Below, in pieces: positions 35,411-48,800 of a stretch of 64,000 nt of DNA (positions within the stretch are counted from its first letter, which is position 1; each line of letters opens with the position of its first letter). The notes below the pieces were generated by a model. It did no database searches. It was not told where the DNA came from and saw only the letters and a program-made list of their open reading frames with translations. The stretch comes from Mobula birostris. Taxonomy: Eukaryota. The position numbers and the translations under genes are program-made. The stretch lies in NCBI RefSeq assembly GCF_030028105.1, contig NC_092370.1:213820005-213884004 (forward strand). The letters run 5' to 3'.

Positions 35411-37749
35411 TGATTAACTGCATTTCCAATTTGGATTTATTGCTATTCCTCCTGCAACAGACACATATGGTTTGTATAAATATAATTCTCAATTTTGAGT
35501 ACATTTTTTCATTTAAAATTAATATATACAGCAGAGTTGAGATAGAAATTAAAATGCATTATGAAACCTAGTGAAAATTTAAGTCTGTGCTCATACTTAC
35601 AGCTATAACCATCTTATATTTGGAATCATTTGAAACATTAAGCCCAGGAAGCTAATGATGTGGAAGAGTTCTCGTCTGATTTTTGGGATTCTTCAATGGG
35701 ATATTTGAAAGATATTGCAGCAGTAACTGGGCTGACCATAATTTCTGCCCTGTTCCTTTTAAACTGGTTTTAAGATTTGAAACATGACATTTGCAATTTC
35801 CTCAACAGTGGGAACGTTATTTTATCTATTTTTAGAATTTTTTATGCAGATTAGGTCGTCCACCCGCTCTCAGAATGCTTTCAAATCTTGGCTCCCTGGC
35901 TGTTTCAATTTATAAGTCAGCTTCCTCATACAAACACGCACTTGTAATTCCACTTTCAAAATTGTTTTTCTACATCTTCAGCATCTACATAGGACATCCA
36001 TTACACATCAAAAAAACCATCCTAGTTAAATATTTATTTTAAAACTCCCATCTATACCATCAACAAATAAATATAAATTAGCTACAGCCATTACTTATTC
36101 ATACTAATAAAAATGGTCTGAAAGGAGCAGACCAGAACAAATACAAATCTTCATTACACTAAAAAAAACATTTAGTTACCATGAACAAGAGAGCTGTGTT
36201 TGCTAAAAAGATATTAATAAGGATGTGGAAATGCAAAGTATCACCATTATTTAAAGCACCCATAGCTGTACATTATTTCATGCATGTATTTACTTATTTA
36301 AGATATTTATGGTATTTAATTGGTGGTAGGAGAATGCATGAAGCTGATGAGCATGTGAGAGAGAGCAGGTTTTTGGGAAACAAACAGGAGAATCAGATTT
36401 ATGGGATTAATGTGACAGCCATGATAGATTACCAATCTTGTGAACCTTGCTGATTGGATAATAGAGTACAGCACTAAAAAAAAGTAATACCTCCAAATAT
36501 TAACCCTCAGTAATAATAATAGCTCTTAATGTCAACTGATTTTATTTTAATTCTGTTTATTTTGGCCAATCTTAAAGGACTAAATAAAAATAAATTCCAA
36601 TATGCTAAATTCAGTGTAGTGGGACAGAAATGAGATAATCAATATTATTTTTGCCAGTGTTATCTCTCTGTTTACTTACTGTTACATTTAATATACAGAA
36701 GAAAACATTGCCAGTTGACAAAGATACAAGAAGAAAATAATTATCCAGTGTTCCATAAAAATCACAGATATGAAACTCTGGCATTGCTTTGCTTTTTCTG
36801 CTGTGTGGCTTCATGTCTGCCTTTCAGTCAACAGGTAGGACTGCCAAGCTCCCAGTGTTGGCCTGCATCTGCCAGGAACTGAAGATCAATCTTCAGCACA
36901 TTGCAGTGAGCGATCCTGGATAAAATCCCAGCATATCAGAATAATTGTGTGTTCGAACATTTCTATCTATCAGTTTTAAAAACACAGGAGGTGAATGATG
37001 AGATTAATAATTCAAATATCCAATTGAGTAAAAGCAGGATCCTTTCATTCTGTAATTTAATGCAGAGGATAAGACACCATTAGAATTGATGTGTGGGCAG
37101 CAATTCTGGAGAGGGGAGTAGTCACACTCCAGAAATCCTGTGCTGCAATCTCAAGGGATACTTTGGATCGGAGACAGCATCTCCATGCTCCAGAACACCA
37201 TGGGGTATACATTCGTCTGCATCCTCAGATGGATGCAGATTGGCTGAGTTTGTTGGCTACCTGCCTTTGCACTATTCTGTGCCATTGTGGTTCAGGATAC
37301 AAATTTCCTCTGGGAAACCAGCTCCTAGCAGATGGACAGCACCCAGAACAGCTCAGTACAGTGCAGGAACTCTCCACGGAAAGGCTGGTGATCCCCTCCC
37401 CAAGGCTCTCCAGTGGTCAAAGGCCATCACAGAGATTGAATTGCAGAAACTGTTGCATGGCTGCTGAGAGCCTTGAATATTCACCAATTCCTTTCATTAG
37501 TCCTGCACTCCCTCTACAATGATAAGTAATTGCAACTGCCAGTTTACTCTGGGATACTTGTTAGTGAGACTCCGCAATAGGTGTCCATAAGAACATTTAA
37601 AGTCAGCAAGCAAATTCCAGAGCTGGGTTCCCAATTGCCTGATTTGTTTCTTAATTTTTGTCTGGAGACCCCTCAGTTTGTTGATGCAAACAGGATATGA
37701 TTGTATTGGCACATTGTTCCTTTCCTCTTCATTTCTGAGATAACCTCCT

Positions 37750-38075
37750 GCGATTAAGGATGACTTGTTTCCCTTCCAGTTTGTGGGTGCTGAAATGGCT
37801 AGTGCAGTAAGTGCAGACTCTTCAATAGACGGGGCAGGAAGAGGCTTATGAGCTGTTGAGCTCCTTCTGCTGCTCACGCAAGACTTCTGTGCACACCTCA
37901 GTCTTGGACTTGAAATTCTCCATTCCATATCCTTCCTTACTCAGCGTAGTCATGGACCAGGGTCTCCCAGGAGCCAGTGAGGACATTACACTTCTTCAAA
38001 GAAGTTTTGGGCATCTTCTTAAATCTTTTCCTTTGCATGTAAATTTCTTTCAAAGACAGGGCCTGGAATAGAGTG
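37750..38075 (-). mobile_element. RTE-clade LINE ORF C-terminal fragment
   Basis: Minus frame KRFKKMPKTSLKKCNVLTGSWETLVHD matches the RTE KRFKDxLKxSLKxCxI...WExLAxDR motif. Confidence 0.65.
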
Positions 38076-38886
38076 CTTTAGGAATTCGATTTCACTGCCA
38101 CTCTGCTTTGTACTTCTGCTGAATGGTAAATTTGTGCTGATGTGACGTTTGACTGCAATTAAGGCAATCATTTCATTGCCTGAATATTAGTCTTTTACTC
38201 TTTTCATTGAATAAGAGTCAAGTGGCACAGACTTGGGCAAATTATTCTCTATTCTACCCAAACCACTGAAGCTGATTATGATATCCTTACTGTCATCTCA
38301 GTTGAAATCAGCTGTCTCAGCACAGAAAGATCCACATGGTCTGCATAGATAAGAAGTGGCAAGGTCACCACAGGAGCTACCCAGAAAACTCACTAAGAGA
38401 TAATGTTTAATTAATAGGCTATCATGTCACTTTCTTCCACTGAGAATTCTCATGGGATAGTAAAGTGCTAATATCCACATGATGCTCCCAGGCCACAAGC
38501 CAAATGAACACTCCTTGTGCTTAAACCAATACAAAACCAAACCATGCCATTGTGGCTTGTCAAAGCTAAGAGATTACAAAGAAGCAAATAGACTAATATT
38601 TATGTTAATTAAGAAAGTAGTATATTGGACAAGGGAATAAAGGGAAATTATTTTAGAATGAAAAAGCTTTTTCATTAATTTTCGTGGTTAAAGGTAAATT
38701 CACCAATTATGTGGAAAGCGATATTTTTTATTATCACGCCTATTTCCCCATTGAGCTTGCCAACCCAAATTTCTTTACATTTCACCCAACAAAACATTTG
38801 GCAGAAAATCAGAAGACAAATAGGTAATTGATTATGAGTTTGAGTTTATTAAAGGGGTATTAATAACAATCTCTTCCTATAAGTAG

Positions 38887-39522
38887 ACCGTTTCACTGAA
38901 TACCTACGCTCTGCCTGCCAGAGAAAGCAGGGTCTCCCAGTGGCCACACAGTTTAATTTCACGTCCCATTCCCATTCTGATATGTCCATCCATGGCCTCC
39001 TCTACTGTCAAGATGAAGCCACACTCGGGTTGGAGGAACAACACCTTATATTCCGCCTGGGTAGCCTCCAACCTAATGGCATGAACATTGACTTCTCTAA
39101 CTTCCATTAATGCCCTTCCTCCCCTTCTTATCCATCCCTTATTTATTTATTTGTTTGTTTGTTTATTTATTTTTTTTCCCCTTTCTTTCTCTCTCTTTTT
39201 CTCCCTCTGTCCCTCTCACTATATCTTCCTCTGGTGCTCCCCCCTCCTTTCTTTCTCCCTCGGCCTCCCAAACCATGATCCTCTCCCTTCTCCAGCCTCG
39301 TATCCCTTTTGCCAATCAACTTTCCAGCTCTTAGCTCCATCCCTCCCCCTCCTGTCTTCTCCTATCATTTTGGATCTCCCCCTCCCCCTCCCACTTTCAA
39401 ATCTCTTACTATCTCTTCTTTCAGTTAGTCCTGACGAAGGGTCTTGGCCCGAAACGTCGACTGTATTTTTTCCTAGAGACACTGCCTGGCCTGCCGCATT
39501 CACCAGCATTTTGTGTGTCTTG
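38887..39522 (+). mobile_element. PLE 3' fragment with 10-bp TSD
   Basis: Endonuclease tail and terminal module; TSD CTATAAGTAG (38877-38886) / CTGTAAGTAG (39523-39532). Confidence 0.88.
39427..39462 (+). ncRNA. Minimal type I hammerhead ribozyme, intact core
   Basis: AGTC CTGACGA AGGGTCTTGGCCC GAAA CGTC GACT; predicted cleavage after C39458. Confidence 0.8.
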
Positions 39523-40175
39523 CTGTAAGTAGGCTGATAGCTTTCCTACAGAAATATTTTACATGTGAAGTAACATCCCTGAGAAAACAAACCATGTCAG
39601 ATATTGAATAAAGAAAATGGATGGTTCAGGACAGTACAGTATTTAAATTTTATACTCCAACAGATTATTAATTTTATGTTTATTGCAAGTCTCCATAGGG
39701 ATCTTTTATATTTAACTAGGTTTGTTGTAGGCCCATCATGAACCGATGATGTCTGAAAACAGCCACGATTCTGTCAATTTAGAAATTAACAGCATGTGAA
39801 ATTGCTGCAAGGACAAGGAGGTGACATAATAAAGCAGAGATTCTGATGTTGCCGCGTAAATCTACAATGCTTGTCAACTATCACAGCATAGGCATCTATA
39901 TCAGACAGCCGCTGTATGTCTTACCAACCCTGGAGATGATAAATTTGTATATACGACATTCTCACAACGGAGATGTGACATCGCTTCTCTTCATTTTATT
40001 TGAAGCAGTTTTAGCTTCCTCCAGCAAATATTTCCTGCAACTATCCTCAGTTTCTTATGGTTCAAGGTTATATTTGATCATTTGTGAGTCCTGCTGATAT
40101 ACTTTTCTATCCATTGTCACTCTCCAGTTTTCAGACTTAGGTTCTGATCTACCGTTAAATGTGCACATCATGGAT

Positions 40176-40870
40176 GATCCCATTTGGTCCATCAACACCA
40201 CCTGTTTAGTCGAGAAAACACAACAGCGCCTCCCCTTCCTGAGGAGATTCGGGTGAGCGAGACTCTCCTCACCCTTTCTAGCCACATTCTACTGGAGCTT
40301 CATCAAGCATGTCCTGACCAGCTGTATCACCTCTGGTATGACAATTGCAAGGTGTCTGACTGTATGACCCTGTAACGGATTGTAAGGACTGCTGAGAGAG
40401 TAATCGGGATCTCTTTCTCCACCCCATCCAGGATATACCGGAAGCGTTGCATTTAGAGTTCTCACCATTGTCAAAGACCCTTCCCATCCGTCCCACAATC
40501 TCTTTGGCCTCCTATCGTCAGACAGAAGGGACTGCCGTATAAGAACAAGAACTGTCAGGCTGGGTAACAGCTTCTTCCCCCGGGCTGTGAGACTGCTGAA
40601 CACCTTGCGACCATCCAGAATACATCATTTATGACAGCAAAATTAGCATTATACTGTTGTATATTTAACTATATGTCATATATACACTCCATATCAACTT
40701 GTACATTTACAGAATGTCTTTATTATCTGTTAATATTATTGTCTTAAATTTACTCTATGTGCTGTACATGATACATGTACTGTGTTTTACACTTTGGTCC
40801 CTGAGAAACATTCTTTCCTTTAATTGTATACATGTGTACTGTTGAATGACAATAAACTTGAATTTGAACC
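40176..40870 (+). mobile_element. Rex1/Babar LINE 3' fragment
   Basis: WSINTTCLVEKTQQRLPFLRR..., KDPSHPSHNLF.LL.S.RR..; AATGACAATAAACTTGAATTTGAA tail. Confidence 0.8.
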
Positions 40871-41175
40871 TTTTTCCTATTTCTCTGACAGTCTGTCCTA
40901 CCCACCCTGACTCACTGCCGCATATTCCCGTTCACTTTAACACAAGCATCCCAGGAGAGTGACTCTGAAATTTTAGTTGGGATTGGCAAAGTCACTAACC
41001 TCAGAGAGAGTACAGCTCGACCTCTCATCGATCCTGTCACAATGGAGATCCTTGCCACAGTCGACAAAAAAAGTGGATTTGAAACCGTGAGGAGAGAATT
41101 TTGTCACAGAGGAAAGCATGGTGAACATCACAATTTAATATCTGTAAATAGCTCTCAAGACGGCAAATATAAGCC

Positions 41176-41815
41176 ATTCATAAGATCATAATACCATAAG
41201 GCATAGGAACAGAATTAGGCCCATTGAATCTTCTCCCCTGTTCCATCAGAGCTGACATATATATATATATATATCCCGCACAACTCCATTTTCCTGCCTT
41301 CTCCTCATAACCTTTGGTTCCCTGAATAATCAAGAGCCTATCAACATCCGCTTTAAATATACACACTTGGCCTCCACAGCTGTCTATAGCAGTGAATTCC
41401 ACAGATTCACCTCCCTCTGGCTAAAGCAATTCCTCATCATCTCTGTTATAAAGGGATGTCCCTCTATTCTGAGGATATACCATCTGGTCTGAGACTCTCC
41501 CACTATAAGAAACATCCTCTCCACATCCACCCAATCAAGGCCTTTCAATATATGAGAGATTTCAATGAGAATCCTCCCCCCAACCCATTCTTTTAAACTC
41601 TAGTGAGTGTAGGCTCAGAGCCTTCATGTGAGGCACATTGTCTGAAAATCCAATTAAACAACATCCACTGACTTTCCTTTGTGTATCCTTACAAAGAATT
41701 CCAACAGATTTGTCAGGCAAGATTTCTCCTTAAGGAAACCATGCCAACTTTGTCCTATTTTATCACATTCCTCCAAGTACACCAAAACCTCATCCTTAAT
41801 AATGGATTCCAAATT
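41176..41815 (-). mobile_element. CR1 fragments
   Basis: IFKADVDRLLI..G.KGYEEKAGKW and ESIIKDEV...QSWHGFLKEKSCLTNLLEFF. Confidence 0.8.
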
Positions 41816-41924
41816 CAACAACAAGGTCCATTTACATTGTGCCTCTTGATAAGGTAAAACATTCCAAGCTTTTTTTAAATTAAATAACACTAAGCAATTT
41901 CAGGAGATGTCCTAAAGCAGAATC

Positions 41925-42110
41925 TTGCAGATCCTGCAAATCTGAAATAACACAGAAAATACCAAAATACTCACTGAGCTAGGCCGCATCTATGGAAAGG
42001 GTCAGTGTTCAAATTTCATTTCTGATGAAAGATCTTCAACCTGAAATATTAACTCTTTTTCATGTTACTCTGCCTGACCTGCCGAGCATTTAACGCTTCT
42101 GTATTTTTAT
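41925..42110. repeat. Decayed palindromic PLE-terminal mini-element
   Basis: Minus arm GCAGATCCTGCAAATC...GCCGCATCTATGGAAAG; plus arm CTGATGAAAGATCTTCAACCTGAAATATTAACT...TGCCTGACCTGCCGAGCAT. Confidence 0.55.
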
Positions 42111-42119
42111 TTGATTTGA

Positions 42120-44870
42120 GGGCATGGATTATTTTTCGGGACTAGGATATTGTGGCCATAACAGAAACAAGGCTGAGGTAAGAGCAGGACTGGCAGCTCA
42201 ATGTTCCAGAAGGCCGATGCTTTAGATGAGATGAGTAACAGAGAAGGAGTTTTGCCTTTCTGATAGGGGAGGATATAGCAGCAGTGCTTATAGGGGATTT
42301 TCTCGATGGATTATCTAACGAGGCTATTAGTGTAGTACTTAGAAACGTTATTGTTGACAAAACACCTGCCAAACCTGCTACTATTCCACAGGTCCAGAGG
42401 CACTATCCTGAAAGAAACAGAACACCACACAAAAGACTGAATCTTTAGAACTGTGAAGTTAGTTATGGACTTTTAATGCATAACCATGTTTATCTGGAAA
42501 CATGGGTATAAAGATTTATGGAAGGGAAATTGAACGTTTTGTACATATACAGTTTTATATTGTATTAATCAGAAAGGGGGAGGTGTGATGTATGGATTTA
42601 TTTCTTTTAGAGCAATGATGCCCCCAGCACTACATACTGATCTGTTGTCTGCGCATGTGCTGTTGTCTATACATATGTATTTTTTTTTACACACACACAC
42701 ACACACCAATGTGAATACCCCAGGTAAAGCATCTCCCATGTGCATGCCTTTATTTAATTGCTATGTAATTGTGCACAGACACAACATGGTGCATCCAAGA
42801 TAGTTTCCTCATGCAATATATAGAGGAACCTACTCCAGAAAGAGAAATACCTGACCTCCTCGGAGGGAATAAGGTGGGTCCAAGTAACTATAGTGGCAGT
42901 TGGGGAGCACTTTAGGTCCAGTGATGATAATAGTTTTAGAAAAAGATAGAATAGATAAACAAGTTAAAACACTGAAATGGAATTGGGTTAACTTTGAGGG
43001 CATCAGGCAGGATCTAAGTGAGGTCGACATGCTCATTTTATGTAAAGATAAACGAACAGTTGGCAAGTGGCAGGTTTTTTAAGGTACGTATCAAGAGTTC
43101 AGGGAACACTGGCTTATAAGAAATAGCAAGGCTTTGGTAAGGAAAAAGAGGGAAGCTAACATCATGTTTAGGCAGCTGGGTAGGAATGAATACCTCGAAA
43201 AATATAAAGGTTTAAGACCAGCCTTAAGAGGGAAATTATGAGAGAGAAAAAAAGAGTACAAGATGGATTTGACAAGCAGGGTAAAAAATATATTGCCAAG
43301 GGATTCTTCATTTACATTAATAGTAAAAGGGGAAAACTAGGTCCTTTTAAAGACTCTCAGGGCTACCTATGTGGGCAGCCATAGGAGATGGCTGAGATAC
43401 TTAACTTCTATTTCTCCACAGTGTTTACAAAGGAGAATATCATTGGTGCTAAAGAAATGAGGACTTAGGACATTTGCTTATTACGGGGAAGGAGGCATTT
43501 GCAGACTTGAAGAGTATTGAGGCAGGTAAATCCCAGGGCCTCATGGGAGGCCAGGGAAGATATTGTGGAGAACTTTGTAGAAAAATTTGCTTCATCATTA
43601 GCCACTGGTGATGTTCCAGAAGACTAGAGGGTTACTAATATTGTTCCTTTGTTCAAGAAGGGAAGCAAGGGCAGGCCAGAGAATTACAGGCCAGTGAGCA
43701 TGACTTCAGTTGAAGGGAAGTTACTGGTGGGAATTCTGAGGGACAAAGTCTACCTCTTGGATAGTCAAAGCTTGATCAGGAAGAGTGGCATGGTTTTATT
43801 TCTGGTGGGTCATACCCAATGAAACTTTTGGAGTTCTTCAAAGAGGAAATAAGTGGATAGTTGAAGGTAGGACAATGGAGGCTATCTATATGGACTTTAG
43901 TAAGGACTTTGACAAGGTCTTGCATGACAGTTGATCTGGAAACTTAGGTCACATGGGATTCAGGGGTGCTAGTGAGGTGGGTTCAGAATTGGCTCGAAGA
44001 TAGGAAGCAAAAGGTAACGGTTAAAGGATGATTCATCAGTTAGAGGCCATGACTATAGTGTCTCCCAGGAGCCTGTGTTGGAGTCTGTTATTTATTACGT
44101 ATGTAAATGATTTGCATCTGAATGTACATGACATGATTAGCAGCCTGGCTGATGATACTAAACTGGGGGTCTTGCTTATAGTGAAACACGTTACAATGAA
44201 TTACAAAGAATAAATTTATTATTGAAATATATATCACCATATTGCTTGAGATTCTTGCAGGCATTCATAATAGATACAAAGAAACACAATAGAACCAATG
44301 AAAAACCTACGCAAAGACAGACAAACAACTAATGTGCAAAAGAAGAAAAGCTGTGCAAAAAAAAGATAAATAAATAAATAATATTGAGAACAAGATTTGT
44401 AGAAGTCCTTGAAAGTGAGTCCATAGGTTGTGGAATCAGTTCAATGTTGAGGTGAGGGAGGTTATCAGTTAAGGTGGTGGGCTGAGGTATGGAAAATGGT
44501 TTTCGCATTAGATAAGCGTGAGGCGATGCACTTTGACATTCGAACCAGGATATATTTATGTAGTGAATGGCAGGGCACTGACAAGTGGTATAGAACACAG
44601 GATCTAGGAGTACAAGTGCACAGTACACTGGAAGTGGCCATTCCATTAGCCAGTGGTGAAGAAGGCATTAGCAATCTGACCTTCACCAGTCAAGGCATCA
44701 AGTTTAGGAGCAGGGTATGATGCTGCAGTTATACAAGTTATTGGCGAGACGGCACTTGGAGTTTTAAGGGCAGGACGGTTTTGAAGTCCCAGTTAAGGGA
44801 AGCAGATTGTCAAGCTGGAGAGGGTGGAGAAGAGATTTATGAGGATGCTGCCTGAACTAGAGAGCTTGAG
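42120..44870 (+). mobile_element. Old, heavily decayed CR1 ORF2 (with a Rex-type tail at 44210-44467)
   Basis: DIVAITETRL, VPLFKKGSKGRPENYRPVSMTS, ISSLADDTKLG, QDLGVQVHSTLEV. Confidence 0.78.
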
Positions 44871-45219
44871 TGTAATGATGAACTCAAGCAAGCAAACCAG
44901 GCGCAGAGTAACTTGAGATTCGAGTAGAAAACACCGACGAGAGTTTATTCACAGAAGAATTAACAAAGGTGCACTGATCGCTGGGAATGAACGTCACTGT
45001 GGAAATGCCAGATGAAGACTGAGCAATGAATGCCCAGCTCGCATAGCTTAAATAGCACAAGGTCACACATGAAACCTGCAATTACCAATAAGGCACAAGA
45101 AAACTTCAGGGGAGCAATTAATAGGTAAATTAAACCACAATGAGGTAAATTAACAATACTTTAGTTGCCCCATTAATAGTTAACTCAATTGGTAGGTTTT
45201 GAGCCATGAAGACCAGACA
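44871..45219 (-). mobile_element. Probable solo LTR (no TSD found)
   Basis: TGT...ACA termini; minus-strand TATTTAAG (about 45047-45054) upstream of AATAAA (about 44944-44949). Confidence 0.45.
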
Positions 45220-45224
45220 AGGTG

Positions 45225-45540
45225 TGGAATTTCCTGAATCCGCTCCACATTCCCTTTCTTCTATGGTCCACTCTCTTCTCCTATCAGATTCATTCCTCTC
45301 CAACCCTTTATATTTCCTATCCATCTGGATTTACTTGTCATCTTTTAGCTATCTTCCTTCACCTCCCCCCAAACCTTTTTACCTTTTTATTCCGGCATCT
45401 TGCCTCTTCCTTTACAGTCCTAAGGAGGGGTCTCAGCCTGACACGTCGACCGTTTCCTTACATACTGCCTGACTTCCGGAGTTCCTCTGGCACCCTGTGT
45501 GTTGATTTGGATTCTAAGCAATTGCAGATTTTCTTGTGAA
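45225..45540 (+). mobile_element. PLE terminal module (decayed hammerhead at 45416-45451)
   Basis: AGTCCTAAGGAGGGGTCTCAGCCTGACACGTCGACC, followed by a decayed terminal structure. Confidence 0.7.
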
Positions 45541-45802
45541 GTTAATCCTGTAAGGGCTTGGATGAGATTTACAATAGTCCACTTGCTTCATGGTTATGGT
45601 TATTGAACTAACTTTACTTCTCAATTTATTTATACGTAGTTAAATTCCCCAGCTGCTATTGTGGATCAAACTCATAATCCAGCCACTGGCTGCATGCCTA
45701 TTAATTTAGCCAGTGCTGCAATAATCGCTGAATAAACCACACAAGGAATTGCTCGTGAAATAAGAAAAGCTAACTGGGGCCTCCAATGGTGAGTCCTGGA
45801 AT

Positions 45803-48800
45803 TGCCTATCTACGGATCGACTTCAAAATCAAAACCAAGATCAGTCAATATATGTTTCCATGAATTTCAAATAAAGGACCGTCTGATTCGTGATGCCCAT
45901 GGAAAAGGTATGATTGACTACCAAGGTCAGAAGATTCGTATTGTTGAAAATTTTTCATCAGAAGTTACGGTTTCGATCCTTATAGATAATGAAGTTCCCT
46001 TTGTTCAACATAAAGTAATTTATGATACTAATGGGCATTTTGTCATAGTATCAGGGAAACTAAATAACAAACTAATGGTATTTGCCAATGTGTATGCTCC
46101 GAATAAAGTCTCTGCCTTTGATTGATCATGCTCACAGATCGCCTATCTTCGGATTGACTTCAAAATCAAAACCAAGATCAGTCAATATATGTTTCCATGA
46201 ATTTGCTGTGGAAGACATTCTGCCTCGTCCCTGTGCCAAAGATGCCGCACCCCAGCGGCCTCAATGACTACAGACCGGTGGCATTGATCTCCCACATCAT
46301 GAAGACCCTGGAGAAACTTGTTCTGGAGCTGCTCCGGCCTATGGTCAGGCCACACTTAGATCCCCTCCAGTTCGCCTACCAGCCCCAACTAGGAGTTGAG
46401 GATGCCATTGTCTACCTGCTGAACCATGTCTACACCCACCTGGACAAGCCAGCGAGCACTGTGAGGGTTATGGTTTTTGACTTCTCCAGTGCGTTCAACA
46501 CCATCCGCCCTGCTCTGCTGGGGGAGAAGCTGACAGCGATGCAGGTGGATGCTTTCCTGGTGTCATGGATTCTTGATTACCTGACTGGCAGACCACAGTA
46601 CGTGTGCTTGCAACACTGTGTGTCCGACAGAGTGATCGGCAGCACTGGGGCTCCACGGGGGACTGTCTTGTGTCCCTTTCTCTTTACTATTTACACCTCG
46701 GACTTCAACTACTGCACAGATTCTTGTCATCTTCAGAAATTTTCTGATGACTCTGCCATAGTTGGATGCATCAGCTGGGGAGATGTGGTTGAGTACAGGG
46801 CTACAGTAGGAAACTTTGTCACATGGTGTGAGCAGACTTATCTGCAGCTTAATGTGAAAAAGACTCGGGAGCTGGTGGTAGACCTGAGGAGAGCTAAGGT
46901 ACCGGTGACCCCTGTTTCCATCCAGGGGGTCAGTGTGGACATGGTGGGGGATTACAAATACTTGGGGATATGAATTGACAATAAACTAGACTGGTCAAAG
47001 AACACTGAAGCTGTCTACAAGAAGGATCAGAGCCGTCTCTATTTCCTGAGGAGACTGCCGGACGATGCTGAGGATGTTCTACGAGTCTGTGGTGGCCAGT
47101 GCGATCATGTTTGCTGTTGTGTGATGGGGCAGCAGGCTGAGGGTAGCAGACACCAACAGAATCAACAAACTCATTCATAAGGCCAGTGACGTTGTGGGGA
47201 TGGAACTGGACTCTCTGACGGTGATGTCTGAAAAGAAGAAACTGTCCAAGTCGCATGCCATCTTGGACAATGTCTCCCATCCACTACATAATGTACTGGT
47301 TGGGCACAGGAGTACATTCAGCCAGAGACTCATTCTTCCAAGATGCAAAACAAAGCGTCATAGGAAGTCATTCCTGCCTGTGGTCATCAAACATTACAAC
47401 TCCTCCCTTGGAGGGTCAGACACCCTGTCAACTTATTTCCTGGCATAATTTACATATTACTATTTAATTATTTATGGTTTTGTTATTACTTAATTATTTA
47501 TGGTGCAACTGTAACAAAAACCAATTTCCCCCTGGGATCAATTAAGTATGACTATGACTATGAATATAGATGACCCAGGTTTCTCTGAGCATTTTTTTTC
47601 ATTTTTACCAAATCTAAGTCTGTACTCATTGGTGATGGGTGGAGATTTTAATTGTTGCTTAGATCCAGCTTTCGATCATTCATCTTCTAAACTAATGATA
47701 CCAAATAAATCAGCTGTGTTTATTGAATCTTTTTTAATGAAATGTGGTATTGTTGATGCTTGGCATTTTTTTCATCCAATAGACAAGGAATATTCATTAT
47801 TCTCTCATGTCCATCATACATATTTCAGGATTGATTTTTTTTTATTGATTGCCAAATGATTCCATCAGCTCAATCCTGTGAAGATAAAGAGATTGCTGTC
47901 TCAGATCACGCTCCTGTGCTCCTATCCTTAAATCTCCCGGGTCTTCTTCAAACAAATAGGTTTTGGCAATTTAATTTAACTTTGTTATCTGATAAAGATG
48001 TTTTAAAGTTTATGGAGAGACAAATTACTCTTTTTTCTGGAAGAGAATACATTAGAGGAGACTTCTAGTCTTATCAGCTGGGATGTCTTTAAGGCGTATT
48101 TTAGAGGACAAATTATTTCTTATACTGCAAGTATTAAGAGAAAAGCTAATAAAGAGAGAAGTGATTTAGCTGATCAGGTGAAACAATTAGACCAAGAGTA
48201 CACCTTGGCTCCAGAACCTGCCTTATAGAAAAGACATGTTGAAACTAAAACTAAATAAGATTTCCTTTTAACCCATCCAATTGAAACCCAACTCTTAAAA
48301 GATAAAAGTCAATTTTATATTCATGGAGATAAAACAGGTAAATTATTGGCTGATCAAATTAAAACCTTCATAGCTAAAAAGCAGATTAAAGAAATATGCA
48401 AAGCTAATGGTGATAGGACAACTGATTATTTAGAAATAAATGGTACTTTTAGAGAATTTTATTCTAAACTCTATAGTTCTGAATCTTCTAAGAATAACAC
48501 CGTAACGAACAATTTTTCAGACCAACTTAACATTCCTACAATTTCTTCCAACAACAGAAAGTTGTTGGAGCAACGCATTTCTTTTGAGGAAATTGTTGAG
48601 GCTGTGCGCTGATTACGTTTGAGGAAAGCTCCAGGTCCAGATGGATTTTCTGGAGAGTTTTGCAAGATCTGTTCCTCACTGCTTATACCTCATTTATGTT
48701 CAGTTTTTTGGGATTCCTTCAAGTCGGGCAGACTCCCTCAATCCTTTTATGAGGCTTCCATTTCGCCTATCTTTAAAAAGAATATGGATCCAACTGAATG

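Noticed and set aside
37091-37522. Overlapping 143-aa and 124-aa ORFs as a host gene
   Set aside because: Fragments such as TLDRRQHL and YSVPLW suggest an old LINE remnant; too degraded to classify.
39960-40040. Possible minus-strand terminal exon (KYLLEEAKTASNKMKRSDVTSPL*)
   Set aside because: The acceptor lacks a polypyrimidine tract, the peptide is not recognisable, and no partner exons were found.
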